DNA from: Fimbriimonadia bacterium
GTDB lineage: Bacteria > Armatimonadota > Fimbriimonadia > Fimbriimonadales > JABRVX01
Direction: 5' to 3'
Assembly (NCBI GenBank): GCA_041483895.1
Contig: JBGPGO010000005.1
Location: 96,001 to 160,000, forward strand
Length of the DNA: 64,000 nt
Shown: piece after piece, positions 38,980 to 49,362 of the stretch
How positions within the stretch are numbered: the stretch's first letter is position 1
How the letters are laid out: the number at the start of each line of letters is the position of its first letter
Program-made: the position numbers and the translations under genes
Notes under the pieces: model-generated
Databases searched by the model: none
What the model was told of the DNA's origin: nothing
What the model saw: the letters and a program-made list of their open reading frames with translations, nothing else

Positions 38980-40275
38980 CTAGGGGAAGATTCCGCGAAT
39001 GGTCGTCGCTTGGGCAACTCGCTGCACACCGATGATGTAAGCCGCAATTCGCATGTTGGTCTTGTGGTGGCTCATGGTGCTCCACACGGAATCAAAGCTC
39101 CGGCGCATGATCTGTTCTAAGCGATCGTTGACCTGATCTTCCTGCCAGAAGAAGGCCTGCAGGTCCTGCACCCATTCAAAATAGGAGCAGACAACGCCGC
39201 CGGCATTCGCCAGCACATCCGGAACGACAAGGATTCCCCGGTCCATCAAGATGTCGTCGGCCTCCGGCGTCGTGGGGCCATTCGCCCCTTCCACGACCAG
39301 TTTCGCTTTGACCCTGCTCGCGTTCGCCTCCGTTATCTGGTTTGCTGCCGCGGCAGGCACCAAAATGTCACATTGCTGCGTCAGCAGCTCGGAATTCGAC
39401 AGCGGTTGCGCATCTTTGTACTCCTGCAATCCGCCATCCCGGCCGGCATAGCCCAGGAGCTTCTGGACGTCAAGACCCTTCTCATTGTAGATGCCACCGC
39501 GCGCGTCGCTGAGCCCCACGATTGTCGCTCCCTGTTCCGCCATCAGCTTCGCCGACACGCTGCCAACATTGCCAAAACCCTGCACAATGACCTTCGATCC
39601 GTCCAGCTTCATGTTCCGCATCTTCGAGGCCGCATCGGCGATCACCATCACGCCGCGTCCCGTCGCCTCAAACCGGCCCTCCGTGCCACCAATCTGGATC
39701 GGCTTGCCCGTGACGACCCCGGGAACGGAGTGGCCGACCTCCATGCTGTAGGTATCCATGATCCAGGCCATCACCTGCGCGTTGGTTCCGACATCGGGCG
39801 CGGGAATGTCCGATTCGGGTCCGATCAGAAAATTGATTTCGGTCGCATATCGCCGGGTCAGCTTCTCCAGTTCACGTGAGCTGAGCAGTTTCGGATCAAC
39901 GCAAACGGACCCTTTCGAGCCGCCGTAGGGGATGTTGACGATGGCGCATTTCCAGGTCATCCACATCGCCAGCGCTGTGGTCTCATCCAGGTCGGCGTCG
40001 GGAGAGTACCGAATGCCGCCCTTTGTCGGCCCTCGCGCGGTGTTGTGCTTGACACGATGACCGGTGAAAACCTTGATAGATCGATCGTCCATAACAACCG
40101 GAAAATTCACGGTTACCGTGATTTTTGGAACCGAAAGCACTTCGATGAGGCCATCTTCCAAATCAATGTAGTTGGCGGCAATAGCAAGTTGGTCTTGCGC
40201 CATCCGAAACATGCTCGTGCGTTCGCCATGCTGGTGATGAGAATTGGTTATCGTCTCTGTGCGCGCGCCGGCCAT
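38980..40275 (-). CDS. gdhA: Glu/Leu/Phe/Val dehydrogenase (glutamate dehydrogenase)
   Basis: KGGIRY, MTWKCA, PAPDVGT, QGFGNVG, EGANGP, NAGGVVCSYFEW. Confidence 0.93.
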   Translation of the reverse strand: MAGARTETITNSHHQHGERTSMFRMAQDQLAIAANYIDLEDGLIEVLSVPKITVTVNFPVVMDDRSIKVFTGHRVKHNTARGPTKGGIRYSPDADLDETTALAMWMTWKCAIVNIPYGGSKGSVCVDPKLLSSRELEKLTRRYATEINFLIGPESDIPAPDVGTNAQVMAWIMDTYSMEVGHSVPGVVTGKPIQIGGTEGRFEATGRGVMVIADAASKMRNMKLDGSKVIVQGFGNVGSVSAKLMAEQGATIVGLSDARGGIYNEKGLDVQKLLGYAGRDGGLQEYKDAQPLSNSELLTQQCDILVPAAAANQITEANASRVKAKLVVEGANGPTTPEADDILMDRGILVVPDVLANAGGVVCSYFEWVQDLQAFFWQEDQVNDRLEQIMRRSFDSVWSTMSHHKTNMRIAAYIIGVQRVAQATTIRGIFP

Positions 40276-40300
40276 ACTCATTCCCTCCCCATCGTAGGTG

Positions 40301-40786
40301 CTATCGGTTTGCGGCGGTCTTCATCGACCGAAGAAGCAGCAGATACAGCGGCACACAGAGCCCCGCATGATATGCGCTTCGCAGTATAGACAGTTTTACC
40401 CAACTTCCCAGGTCGTTTTGAGGCGCGATCAGCAAGAAAACCAGGTCAACGGTCAGGGTAGAGAGAAACGTGACTACCGGCCCGGTGATCCAGAGCTGGG
40501 GCAATAGAAATCGCGGCGCCCACCCCGCGACGAAGCCGCCGAAGGCTCGACTCACCGCGTAGGCCCCCAGAAATTCACCCGTCAGCGAACCCATCAGCAG
40601 TCCCGATACAAATCCGACAACGGCGCCCGCAGCTCTGCCCAGAAACAGGGACAGGCACGCGACGCCGATGACGAGCAGATCGGGGGCGGCCCCGAAAAGC
40701 GCCATGCGATGCGCCAATGGGCCGTTCAGGATTGCGCCGAGGATGAGCACGAGGACAATCCAGATCGCTGCGCGCATCCCGGTCAT
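40301..40786 (-). CDS. mreD: Rod shape-determining protein MreD
   Basis: Hydrophobic protein, PDLL motif, directly after mreC. Confidence 0.8.
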   Translation of the reverse strand: MTGMRAAIWIVLVLILGAILNGPLAHRMALFGAAPDLLVIGVACLSLFLGRAAGAVVGFVSGLLMGSLTGEFLGAYAVSRAFGGFVAGWAPRFLLPQLWITGPVVTFLSTLTVDLVFLLIAPQNDLGSWVKLSILRSAYHAGLCVPLYLLLLRSMKTAANR

Positions 40787-41583
40787 CGGAGCACGATCGC
40801 CTCTTCCAACGCATCGGGCTGCACCGACGGCTCGACCCATGCCCGCATGTAGCCATACGATCGGTCCCGCCAGACCTGCTTTACCGTGCCGACGAACAGG
40901 CCCTTCGGATACCGTTCCCCGACTCCCGACGTAACAATCTTGTCGCCTACCGCAACGTCCGCCCCTTCGGATAGGTGATCGAGCAGCAGCATATCGCCGC
41001 CCAGCCCTTTTGCGACGCCGGCCGCGCGCGATCCCTCCCGCGCCACCCGCGATCCAACCGCGAATCGATCGGCCGTCACCATGAGCACCACGCAGGAATT
41101 TCGGTCCACTAGCTGGACGATGCCGGCAAGTCCGTGCGGCGCTACCACCGGATTGCCAACACGCACTCCGTCTTCCGACCCGACCGAAAGCATCGCGGTC
41201 AAGGTCTGAGGATAGTAGGCGATGACCGACGCGGGCAGCGGCTTTCCGGGCGTTTGACGCAGCGTTTCCAGCAAAGCATGCAGCCGCCGGTTCTCCTGAT
41301 CCAGCTCATCGATCTTGACCTGCTGCGATACTGCCGCCGCCCGATCCCGTTCCAGCTCTCGTACACGGTTCCGAAGATGAGGAGCCTGGCCGATCCCGAT
41401 AAACAGATCGCCGGTAGATACAAGCGCGCTGTTTACAATGCCCTGGGGTCCGCAAAAAACCGACCGGACGGTATCGGTCAGCGGCTTCGAAACCACGCCC
41501 CGGTCCGCCCCCAAAACTGCGCCAAGGACGACCAAGGCGAGCAAGACGATCCAGTCCCGGGGCCGAATTCCACTCGGTTCCAT
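40783..41583 (-). CDS. mreC: Rod shape-determining protein MreC
   Basis: TM + coiled coil ENRRL, GDKIVTSG..YPKGL.VG. Confidence 0.92.
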   Translation of the reverse strand: MEPSGIRPRDWIVLLALVVLGAVLGADRGVVSKPLTDTVRSVFCGPQGIVNSALVSTGDLFIGIGQAPHLRNRVRELERDRAAAVSQQVKIDELDQENRRLHALLETLRQTPGKPLPASVIAYYPQTLTAMLSVGSEDGVRVGNPVVAPHGLAGIVQLVDRNSCVVLMVTADRFAVGSRVAREGSRAAGVAKGLGGDMLLLDHLSEGADVAVGDKIVTSGVGERYPKGLFVGTVKQVWRDRSYGYMRAWVEPSVQPDALEEAIVLR

Positions 41584-42626
41584 TAGGAGTGCGCGGCTTT
41601 AAGAAGCTTGCTCAAATGCGGATTCTGTCGGATCTCTTCCAGGACGACTCCCGTTCCGATCACGACGCAGTTGAGCGGCTCTTTCGCGACAAAGACCGGC
41701 ATTTCCGTCTCTTTCATCAGGAGCCGATCCATCCCTCGCAATAACGCTCCTCCTCCCGCCAGACAGATTCCCCGATGCATGATGTCCGAGGCAAGCTCGG
41801 GCGGCGTCGCTTCGAGCGCCAGTTTTACCGCGTCAACAATGTTGTTCAGCGGTTCCGCGATGGCAGCGCGCAACTCTTCCGACGTGATGGTGGCGCTGCG
41901 CGGCAGGCCGGTGACCAGGTCGCGGCCCCGCACTTCGGTTTGCAACTCCTGCTCCAGCGGATACGCCGAACCGATCTCGATCTTCACGTTTTCCGTCGTG
42001 CGATCCCCGATGTACAGGTTGTATGCGCGCCGGACGTAGGCGCCGATGGCCTCATCGACCTCATCGCCCGCCACGCGGATGGACTTGCTGAACACAATCC
42101 CGGCAAGGGAGATGATGGCTACTTCCGTCGTGCCGCCGCCGATATCGACGATCATCGATCCTGTGGGCTCGCCGACCGGCAGGTTGGCGCCAATTGCCGC
42201 CGCCATCGGCTCTTCGATCAGAAAGGCTTCGCTGGCTCCGGCGCGCTTGGCGGCTTCGTACACGGCTCTCCGCTCGACTTCCGTCACTCCGCTCGGGATG
42301 CCGACGACGACTCTGTGCCACGCGAAGGTTCGTCGGGTGGACTTCTGAATGAAGTAGCGGAGCATCTTCTCCGTCTGATCGTAATCGGCGATGACGCCAT
42401 CGCGCAACGGGCGGATTGCGACGATGGAGGCGGGAGTCCGGCCCACCATTCGCTTGGCCTCTTCCCCAACCGCCAATATCTGCTTGGTTTCGGAATCAAT
42501 CGCGACGACGGAAGGCTCTCGCAGAAGAATCCCCTTGCCCTGCACGTAAACCAAGGTGTTGGCCGTACCCAGATCTACTCCCATGTCGCTGGTCATCCGC
42601 GACAGGAGCGACCGCAAAAATCGCAT
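41583..42626 (-). CDS. mreB: Actin-like MreB
   Basis: [33 protein letters not shown]. Confidence 0.98.
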   Translation of the reverse strand: MRFLRSLLSRMTSDMGVDLGTANTLVYVQGKGILLREPSVVAIDSETKQILAVGEEAKRMVGRTPASIVAIRPLRDGVIADYDQTEKMLRYFIQKSTRRTFAWHRVVVGIPSGVTEVERRAVYEAAKRAGASEAFLIEEPMAAAIGANLPVGEPTGSMIVDIGGGTTEVAIISLAGIVFSKSIRVAGDEVDEAIGAYVRRAYNLYIGDRTTENVKIEIGSAYPLEQELQTEVRGRDLVTGLPRSATITSEELRAAIAEPLNNIVDAVKLALEATPPELASDIMHRGICLAGGGALLRGMDRLLMKETEMPVFVAKEPLNCVVIGTGVVLEEIRQNPHLSKLLKAAHS

Positions 42627-42641
42627 CCACCTACCCGCTTC

Positions 42642-42929
42642 CTATTTATTGTCCGATTTATTGTCAGATTCGTCTTCGCCGATGTCTCCACTGCAGAGAC
42701 GCTTAGCCAGGGTCTCCTGAGAGATGGCCGAGATAACGACCGGTCCAGAATTGGTGAAGATTACACTTTTCGTGCGCCGGCCTTGGGTCGCGTCAATCAG
42801 GTGCCCAGTCTTGCGGAGCTGTTGGATCAGCCGCCGCATGGGGGCCGATTCGCTGCTGACAAGCGCAACGATCTGCTCCGCCACGACAAAATTGTAAAAG
42901 CCGACATTCAATACCGGTGGCATAGCCAT
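42642..42929 (-). CDS. remA: DUF370/RemA family regulator
   Basis: LNVGFYNFV, SAPMRR, LIDATQGRRTKSVI, SAISQETL. Confidence 0.88.
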   Translation of the reverse strand: MAMPPVLNVGFYNFVVAEQIVALVSSESAPMRRLIQQLRKTGHLIDATQGRRTKSVIFTNSGPVVISAISQETLAKRLCSGDIGEDESDNKSDNK

Positions 42930-42991
42930 CACCCTGCTCCCCGAAAGCAAAAATAGCGGAAAGTCGAAAAAATGACGATGAGACGCCCAGG

Positions 42992-43020
42992 ATTATGCCA
43001 CAAGACCCTGTTACTTTCAA
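42992..43020 (-). promoter_or_regulatory. sigma70 promoter of remA-mreBCD
   Basis: TTGAAA-17 nt-CATAAT on the minus strand. Confidence 0.6.
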
Positions 43021-43062
43021 TAGGTCGCGATATCTGAGGTTTTCTTTGTTTTTCAAAGTATC

Positions 43063-43089
43063 ACGCGCGCGGTGATTCACCGCGCGCGT
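43063..43089 (-). terminator. Hairpin downstream of small gene
   Basis: 12-bp stem ACGCGCGCGGTG/CACCGCGCGCGT; weak U tract. Confidence 0.5.
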
Positions 43090-43104
43090 TGCGAAGTCTT
43101 GATC

Positions 43105-43422
43105 TTAGAGGGCTGCGCCGGCCGGAGGACCGCTGGGAGCGCCACCCGGCATCAACTGTCCGCCACCGGGACCTGGTGCGGGACCGCCAGGACTGGGAGC
43201 AAAACCGCCTCCACCTTGATCCTGGTTCTCCGAATTGCCCCAAAGCGGCGCCTGGCCCTGCATCTTCGACGCCTGCACGGCTTGGAGATTGGGCTGGGCC
43301 GGCGGAGGGATTTGTGCCGGCTCCTGCTGGCCGCCAAAATACCAAAACGCCGCCGCGCCGACAACACCAACCGCGATAATACCGATCAAAAACGGATCTA
43401 CGCCTTTATTTGGATTCGCCAT
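43105..43422 (-). CDS. Small single-TM Gly/Pro-rich protein
   Basis: AGGAG RBS; TM segment then low-complexity tail. Confidence 0.7.
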   Translation of the reverse strand: MANPNKGVDPFLIGIIAVGVVGAAAFWYFGGQQEPAQIPPPAQPNLQAVQASKMQGQAPLWGNSENQDQGGGGFAPSPGGPAPGPGGGQLMPGGAPSGPPAGAAL

Positions 43423-43451
43423 AATCGTCTCCTATTGTACCACCCCACCAC

Positions 43452-44981
43452 TTAATGCCTGAAACACCGAACATCGGTAAATAGCATCGCCATTTCATAT
43501 TTATTGACGGCCTCGATGACCTCAGGGTCCCTTTTTGACCCGCCAGGCTGAAGTATTGCTGAAATTCCCGCCTTCGCCGCTCCTTCAATCGAATCCGCGA
43601 AAGGGAAAAAGCCGTCGCTGGCCAGGACGGCCCCTTTCGCCTGCTCTGCCGCCTGCTCCAAGGCAATTCGAACGGAGCCGACGCGGTTCGTCTGACCGGA
43701 CCCGATCCCCAAGGTCCGGCCATTCTTGGCCACAACGATCCCATTCGATTTGACAAACGCAGCGATCTGCCATGCGAATGCCAGATCCGTTCGTTCTTGC
43801 TCCATTGGCTCCCGACTGGAAACGGTCCTTGGCTGAAAAGGCGGCGCTCCGACAGTCTGAACCAGCAGGCCGCCCGCGACCGACCGAATGTCATGCCCCG
43901 GCTGCCTTCTTCCCTCTCCGATGGCAAGCAGCCGCACGTTTTGGCCCCACCCGGACCGCGCCTGGATAAGCTCCGTGGCAGTTTCGGAGAACGCCGGAGC
44001 GCAAATCACCTCCAGGAACTGGTTCGGGGCGATGAGCTCCTTCGCCTCGGCATCTCCAATCGGCCGGTTGACAGCGACGATGCCACCGAACGCCGACACG
44101 GAATCGGCGTCGATGGCGGTCCGTATCGCAGCACTGGCATCCTCGGCTATCGCCGCCCCGCAGGGAGTCAGGTGCTTGACGACGACGGCGGCGGGTCCGT
44201 CGAAATCCCAACACGCGGCGATTGCGGCGTCGGCGTCGAGAATGTTGTTATAGGAAAGCTCTTTGCCGCCCAGCGGGGCCGCATGAAGCGCGCAAGGACC
44301 GAGATAGGATGGATCGATGTAGGCGGCCGCAAGCTGCCAAGGGTTTTCGCCGTATCGGAGCGTGGCCCAGCGCGGCATGGCGATCGTCAGCGGGTCCGGC
44401 ATCTCCTCTTCCCGATGGAAGTAGGCCGAAATCTGCGCGTCGTAGACGGCAACGGTCCCAAACACCTTCGCCATCAGCCTCCGCCTCGTCTCCAGAGAAA
44501 CCTGCCCTTGGCTTCGAAGCTCTTCAATCACTTTCGGGTAGTCCAGCGGGTCGCAAATCGCCGTCACGGACCGATAGTTCTTCGCAGCGGCGCGCAGCAT
44601 CGCCGGTCCGCCGATATCGATCATCTCGATCGCTTCTTCCAGCGTGTGCTCGCCTGAGACGGTTCGAATGAAGGGATACAGGTTGACCGCCAACACCTGG
44701 ATTGAGCCAATTCCATGCTCCGCGAGCGCTCTACCATGGTCGGGGTTGGATTGGTCCGCCAAGAGCCCAGCATGAATGTAGGGATGGAGCGTCTTGACGC
44801 GGCCATCGAGGATTTCCGGGAATTTCGTGATTTCCGCGACATCGGTGACGGGCAGGCCCAGGTCCCTCAAGTGCCGAGCGGTACCGCCCGTGGACACAAG
44901 CTCGAATCCAAGCCCATGGAGCTCTTCCGCAAATGAATCGATCCCGCTTTTGTCCCAGACGCTGATTAACGCTCTCTTCAC
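43452..44981 (-). CDS. purH: AICAR transformylase/IMP cyclohydrolase
   Basis: ALISVWDK, GRVKTLHP, IDIGGP, LRYGENP, KSNGIV, ASDGFFPF; GTG start overlaps pcp stop. Confidence 0.97.
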   Translation of the reverse strand: MKRALISVWDKSGIDSFAEELHGLGFELVSTGGTARHLRDLGLPVTDVAEITKFPEILDGRVKTLHPYIHAGLLADQSNPDHGRALAEHGIGSIQVLAVNLYPFIRTVSGEHTLEEAIEMIDIGGPAMLRAAAKNYRSVTAICDPLDYPKVIEELRSQGQVSLETRRRLMAKVFGTVAVYDAQISAYFHREEEMPDPLTIAMPRWATLRYGENPWQLAAAYIDPSYLGPCALHAAPLGGKELSYNNILDADAAIAACWDFDGPAAVVVKHLTPCGAAIAEDASAAIRTAIDADSVSAFGGIVAVNRPIGDAEAKELIAPNQFLEVICAPAFSETATELIQARSGWGQNVRLLAIGEGRRQPGHDIRSVAGGLLVQTVGAPPFQPRTVSSREPMEQERTDLAFAWQIAAFVKSNGIVVAKNGRTLGIGSGQTNRVGSVRIALEQAAEQAKGAVLASDGFFPFADSIEGAAKAGISAILQPGGSKRDPEVIEAVNKYEMAMLFTDVRCFRH

Positions 44982-45529
44982 AATCGTGCCCTGAGAAGGG
45001 CAATTACGCGCCGCACGAGCTTCTCCTGCTGGTCCAGCGCGATATGAGGGCCGTCCGGCCGGCTGACTTCGGAATGGGGAACATGGATGAAGATGCAGGG
45101 GGTCTCGGTCGATGCGAGGAGGCAGTAGTACCAGAAATTGCACAGATAGCCGCCGGCGTCGTCCGAAAGCTGGACAGCTTCGAGACCGGTGGGATCGATG
45201 ACGATGCGCGACGGGATCGTTTCGGGCCCAGGCGGGAGCGATGCGGCGTCTCCGGCCGTTCCCGCCATGTCCGACGTCTCATTGGCCGTGCGGAGCGCTT
45301 GGGTCTCCAGCCGAATCACCGCGTCGCCGCCATGAACACCCATTGCCACAATAAGGTCGGCCGGGGGAATGGCCGCAGCGGCAGTGAGGGCATCCGCGTA
45401 TGTCACCGGGAGAATGCGTGATTCAACCTCGAAACCATCGACCCCGACGGCCAGACGCATGGCCAGCGCCGCGGAGGGGTTGTCCGATATCGTGCGAAAC
45501 GATCCGAAGCCGGTTATCCAAAGCCGCAC
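44978..45529 (-). CDS. pcp: Pyroglutamyl-peptidase I
   Basis: ITGFGSF..NPS, RLE, SDDAGGYLCN, FIHVP. Confidence 0.88.
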   Translation of the reverse strand: MRLWITGFGSFRTISDNPSAALAMRLAVGVDGFEVESRILPVTYADALTAAAAIPPADLIVAMGVHGGDAVIRLETQALRTANETSDMAGTAGDAASLPPGPETIPSRIVIDPTGLEAVQLSDDAGGYLCNFWYYCLLASTETPCIFIHVPHSEVSRPDGPHIALDQQEKLVRRVIALLRARL

Positions 45530-45532
45530 AGC

Positions 45533-47038
45533 TTACTTGATACCGCCGTCCCCCGCCGGGGAGGCGACCACAACTCGGACCAGTTTCGTTGTCGGACGGC
45601 CTTGGGAATCCAGGGCGGTCAGGGTGAAGGTGGTGGTCTTCGTTACGTCAACCTCCATGCTTCCGCTTTCCGGGCTGATCGAGCCGACGTCGCTATCGAT
45701 CGATGCCTGTGTCGCGCCTCGAATCTCCCAACTTAGGGTCACCTTCCCGCCATCCGTGGGCAGCGTTGGCGGATCGGCGGCGAACTTCGCGATCTCCGCG
45801 TCGCTATCATCCACCTGAATCATGAAGCTCTTCGTGACGGTCTTGTTGTCGCTGTTGACGGCGACGAAATCGTATTTGCCGGAGCGCGGGAACACGATAT
45901 CTTTCGAGTGCAGGAACGGCTCGAGCTGAATATCAAGCGGGGTGATGAAGATGCGGACCGCCTTTTCCACGGCATAGGTGATCGTCGTCGGCTGGCCCTT
46001 CTTCACGCGTTTGGGATTGACGGTGAACTCTTTGATCTCCGGCATCGGCGCCTCTTGCGGGCTGTTGACCGTTATCGTCTTGTCCAGCCTGCTCTGGCCC
46101 ATCTTGCCTTCCGCGACGATCTCCAGCTTCCCGGTCTTTGGCGGCGCGAAGGTGAACGAACCGCTCGGCTTCAGGTTGGACTCTAGCACCTTGCCATCGT
46201 ATTCCAACTGAATCATCGCCGCATTGTTGGCGGTCCAGGTCACCGTGACCTCCTCCCCTTCTGTCACCGTCTCGCTATCCACAGTGAACCGGGTGATTTG
46301 AGACGGGCGGGGCCAGACGTACCAGCCGACGAGCACCAGTACGGCGATGACCACCAAGCTGATGAGAACGGACGGGCTAAGCATCCCTTTGCGCTCAATC
46401 TGCCCCTGGGCCGTGGCCGACACGTGGGAATTCTCCACCGAACGCGCCGAAACGGAGAATCCGTACAGACGCGGGGAGGAGATAATCGGCAGGCTGGTCG
46501 CCATGGCCGCCAGTCCGACCTCAGCCTGCCCTCCCGCAGGTAAGGTTTTCCGCTCCTCATCATATTGGTAGGTGCAGCCATCTTCCGGATCGGAGGCGAA
46601 CAGCTGGACGTGCTGCTCGGTATTTCCCAGATTGGCGACGATCGTTCGGAACTGCGCCGACCGGGAAAACGGCGAAATATCCCCACGCTTGGGCGCCAAT
46701 TCAATCGTCAGCAGGTTGAGCGGCTTTACGGTCACGCTTCCCTGCCGGGAAACCTTCTCTCCCGATTCCAACGACTTTACGCTGAGAACGAACGGGTAGA
46801 CGCCGGCGCGGCTCTCGCTGCTGCGTGGCGGCTTGACGAGCACCCGCTCCCTCGTCTCTTCTCCCGGTTGGAGGGTAAACGCAGGCACGGGAATGGCGCA
46901 CCATTCAAGATCGAGCCCTTCCACCTCCAACGCATACCGGCCCGCGGCATCGCCGGTATTGGCGACAACAACCTGGATCTTGACGGTACCGCCCGGCTCG
47001 ACAGCGAGTTCTTCTTGTTCGAGGGTGACGGTTATCAT
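45533..47038 (-). CDS. Membrane protein with Ig-like domains on both sides of one TM helix
   Basis: V.NTG...Y.L.V.GL...W N-terminal region, TM, repeated I..F...P...VTL.W units. Confidence 0.75.
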   Translation of the reverse strand: MITVTLEQEELAVEPGGTVKIQVVVANTGDAAGRYALEVEGLDLEWCAIPVPAFTLQPGEETRERVLVKPPRSSESRAGVYPFVLSVKSLESGEKVSRQGSVTVKPLNLLTIELAPKRGDISPFSRSAQFRTIVANLGNTEQHVQLFASDPEDGCTYQYDEERKTLPAGGQAEVGLAAMATSLPIISSPRLYGFSVSARSVENSHVSATAQGQIERKGMLSPSVLISLVVIAVLVLVGWYVWPRPSQITRFTVDSETVTEGEEVTVTWTANNAAMIQLEYDGKVLESNLKPSGSFTFAPPKTGKLEIVAEGKMGQSRLDKTITVNSPQEAPMPEIKEFTVNPKRVKKGQPTTITYAVEKAVRIFITPLDIQLEPFLHSKDIVFPRSGKYDFVAVNSDNKTVTKSFMIQVDDSDAEIAKFAADPPTLPTDGGKVTLSWEIRGATQASIDSDVGSISPESGSMEVDVTKTTTFTLTALDSQGRPTTKLVRVVVASPAGDGGIK

Positions 47039-47139
47039 TGGGTGATCGAATTCCGGGAGGATTATACGAAATCCCTTCGTAGGGTGTCAACGCGACCCGG
47101 TTGTGGGTTCGCCGAAGTCCTAGGTAGACTCATCCCGCC

Positions 47140-47856
47140 ATGACGATCAAGGAAACAACCCTGCGGGTTCCCGCAAGCTGCCGTCCGGCGGACGAAGGCC
47201 GAACCAAGAGTCAGTTCACCGAGAGCGTGGAAGAGTACTCCGAGGGAATTTTCCGGCTGCAGCAGGACTCCGAGAAGGTGACCACAGGCGAATTGGCGAC
47301 TTACATGACCGTTTCGCCGGGGTCGGTCACGACGATGGTGAAGAAGCTCCAGGAGCTTGGTCTGGTCAATCATGAAAAATACCAAGGCATTCGCCTCACG
47401 CCAATGGGCGAACAGTTGGCGAAGCAGCTCACGCGAACGCATCGCATTCTGGAAGTCTTCTTGGTGGACATGCTCGAACTGCCTTGGAACGATGTCCACG
47501 AATTGGCTTGCAAGCTGGAGCATTATCTGCCGGACGACCTGATCCGGCGGATCGAGCGGAAGCTCGGGCATCCGAAAACCTGCCCTCATGGCAACCCGGT
47601 CAATCCTGAGGAACCGCACGGCAGCTATCGTTTGCGCGAGGCCCACGTTGGGGATCATCTGCAGGTCGTGCGGATAACGGACGAGCGCGTGGAGTTCTTG
47701 CACCATCTTGAGGAACTTCAATTGACTCCCGGCGCGGAATTCGATGTCCTCGGTTCCGAGCCGTTCGACGAGCTGATCCGTTTGCGAATCAACGGCAATG
47801 AGCACACGGTCGGGCGAGCTGTTTCCACCCACCTTTGGGTTAAAAAACCGAGTTAG
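47140..47856 (+). CDS. DtxR/IdeR family metal-dependent regulator with FeoA domain
   Basis: SVTTMVKKL, HRILEVFL, ACKLEH, CPHGNP. Confidence 0.92.
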   Translation: MTIKETTLRVPASCRPADEGRTKSQFTESVEEYSEGIFRLQQDSEKVTTGELATYMTVSPGSVTTMVKKLQELGLVNHEKYQGIRLTPMGEQLAKQLTRTHRILEVFLVDMLELPWNDVHELACKLEHYLPDDLIRRIERKLGHPKTCPHGNPVNPEEPHGSYRLREAHVGDHLQVVRITDERVEFLHHLEELQLTPGAEFDVLGSEPFDELIRLRINGNEHTVGRAVSTHLWVKKPS

Positions 47857-48306
47857 TGGCCCCTCCGGCAGGACAACACCGAATATTTGAGAATATTAAC
47901 CCCAGTGTTAATGTTTGATTCTTCCGTCTTGGGAACTAGTTCTAACCATACTGTCCCTTTGACGAGTTGACAGATCGGCGAAGGCGTTTGATAATTCACG
48001 CAGAGACTGATACCTGTCGGACGCGGCATGCGCCAAAGTCTGCGTTCCTGATTGTCGTTTTTTTTGATTGATTAGAGGAAGGGAAGAGAGAGATAGCTTG
48101 ACACGCTCGCAGTACGGGTCCAAACGACGCTGGCAATATGCTTCTCCTATCGCGGCCATGCCGTGCCTGGCACGCCGCTTCATTTCCTCCTCCCATCAGA
48201 CATCGCCAATCAGATTTAACCGGCCCGAAAGCGCCCCCGCGAACGTGGGGTGGCCAATCGGCCCGAACGAATTTTCCCGCAGCGACGAGAATTTTTCCAA
48301 AATACC

Positions 48307-48335
48307 TTGTCAGAAGGCCTGGCCTCTGATATGAT
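48307..48335 (+). promoter_or_regulatory. sigma70 promoter of TPR gene
   Basis: TTGTCA-17 nt-TATGAT with extended TG. Confidence 0.6.
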
Positions 48336-48382
48336 TTCCTTGTTGCTCCGGGCTGCCACGTCAGACAGTCTTAGGTGAGTTC

Positions 48383-49165
48383 GTGATGTCAGCAATGTTT
48401 GATAATTATTCCGCAGCGGCGGGAATGGGAAAGGGAGAAGAAGGCTGTGGGCCGCCGGTGATTCCGGTCATCGGTCCTGCATCGATTATCCCTGAGCGAG
48501 ATACGGCCGAGTTTTCGGTCGCGGAATATCGTGAGAAAGCTCACGTGCTTCGGCTTTGCGGACGATGGTCCGAGGCGGTGGAAGCCGCCCGAAAAGCGAT
48601 CTCCCTCGATCCGCTCGACCCTTGTGGACGAAATCTTTTAGTCAATATCCTGCTCGATCGCGGCGAATACTCGGACGTTGTTCGAGAATCCGCGACCTGG
48701 CTGGAGCTTCAGCCTTACAATACCGGCGCCCTGGAGGCGCTCGCAAAGGCCCATTGGTACCGGAGCGAAATCGACAACGCCCTGCGGGTGATGTCGCGGC
48801 TTCTCCATCTAAGTCCCTATGAACCGAATTACCGATTCCAAAGAGGCGTACTTTATCAATATAAAGGCGCATGGGGACTTGCGATGGATGATTTCCTTGC
48901 GGTACTAAGCGGACGTTGCGCGGAAGAGTTGCGAAACAGAACGCAAGAGGCGGTAACGAGCCTGGAACATTGGCAATTGCGCCTCATCGCCATGCTCATC
49001 GTCGAATCGTATCAGTTTCGCATGGAGTTTCTCATTGATGCAGAGGAAGCCGTTCGCGGCAGGGGATTCCGATTGACCGAGGCCGGGATTGCGGTCCTGC
49101 GTTTCCTTCCTTACGGAAATCAGTTCGGAACGGATGCCCAATCGTCATTCTATCGGTACGAATAA
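48383..49165 (+). CDS. Tetratricopeptide repeat protein
   Basis: Repeated TPR-like helices (AISLDP, LELQP, LHLSP). Confidence 0.8.
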   Translation: MMSAMFDNYSAAAGMGKGEEGCGPPVIPVIGPASIIPERDTAEFSVAEYREKAHVLRLCGRWSEAVEAARKAISLDPLDPCGRNLLVNILLDRGEYSDVVRESATWLELQPYNTGALEALAKAHWYRSEIDNALRVMSRLLHLSPYEPNYRFQRGVLYQYKGAWGLAMDDFLAVLSGRCAEELRNRTQEAVTSLEHWQLRLIAMLIVESYQFRMEFLIDAEEAVRGRGFRLTEAGIAVLRFLPYGNQFGTDAQSSFYRYE

Positions 49166-49184
49166 ATTCATTCCATTTAGCAGG

Positions 49185-49218
49185 GAGTGGCCGCGAAGTT
49201 TTCGCGGCCACTCTTTTT
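49185..49218 (+). terminator. Intrinsic terminator
   Basis: GAGTGGCCGCGAA/TTCGCGGCCACTC stem + TTTTT. Confidence 0.85.
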
Positions 49219-49317
49219 ATGCGCTCAAAACGGCGCCGCTAGGCTCAAATCGGCTCGAATTACCCCGCTCAGCCACAAGCAACTCCCGAACTCGTCCCGA
49301 TTTGCCGATAATATGTT

Positions 49318-49354
49318 TGTTAGTCTTGGCTAATAATCAAAGTTGTGCTATACT
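49318..49354 (+). promoter_or_regulatory. mntR-mntH promoter with candidate DtxR-family operator
   Basis: TTGGCT 49326-49331, 17 nt, TATACT 49349-49354; imperfect palindrome TTAGTCTTGGCTAA 49320-49333 over the -35. Confidence 0.65.
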
Positions 49355-49362
49355 AATTCACG

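Noticed and set aside
47908..48183. 91-aa minus-strand ORF with a GGAGG-like RBS
   Set aside because: No recognisable motif; cannot be supported from sequence alone
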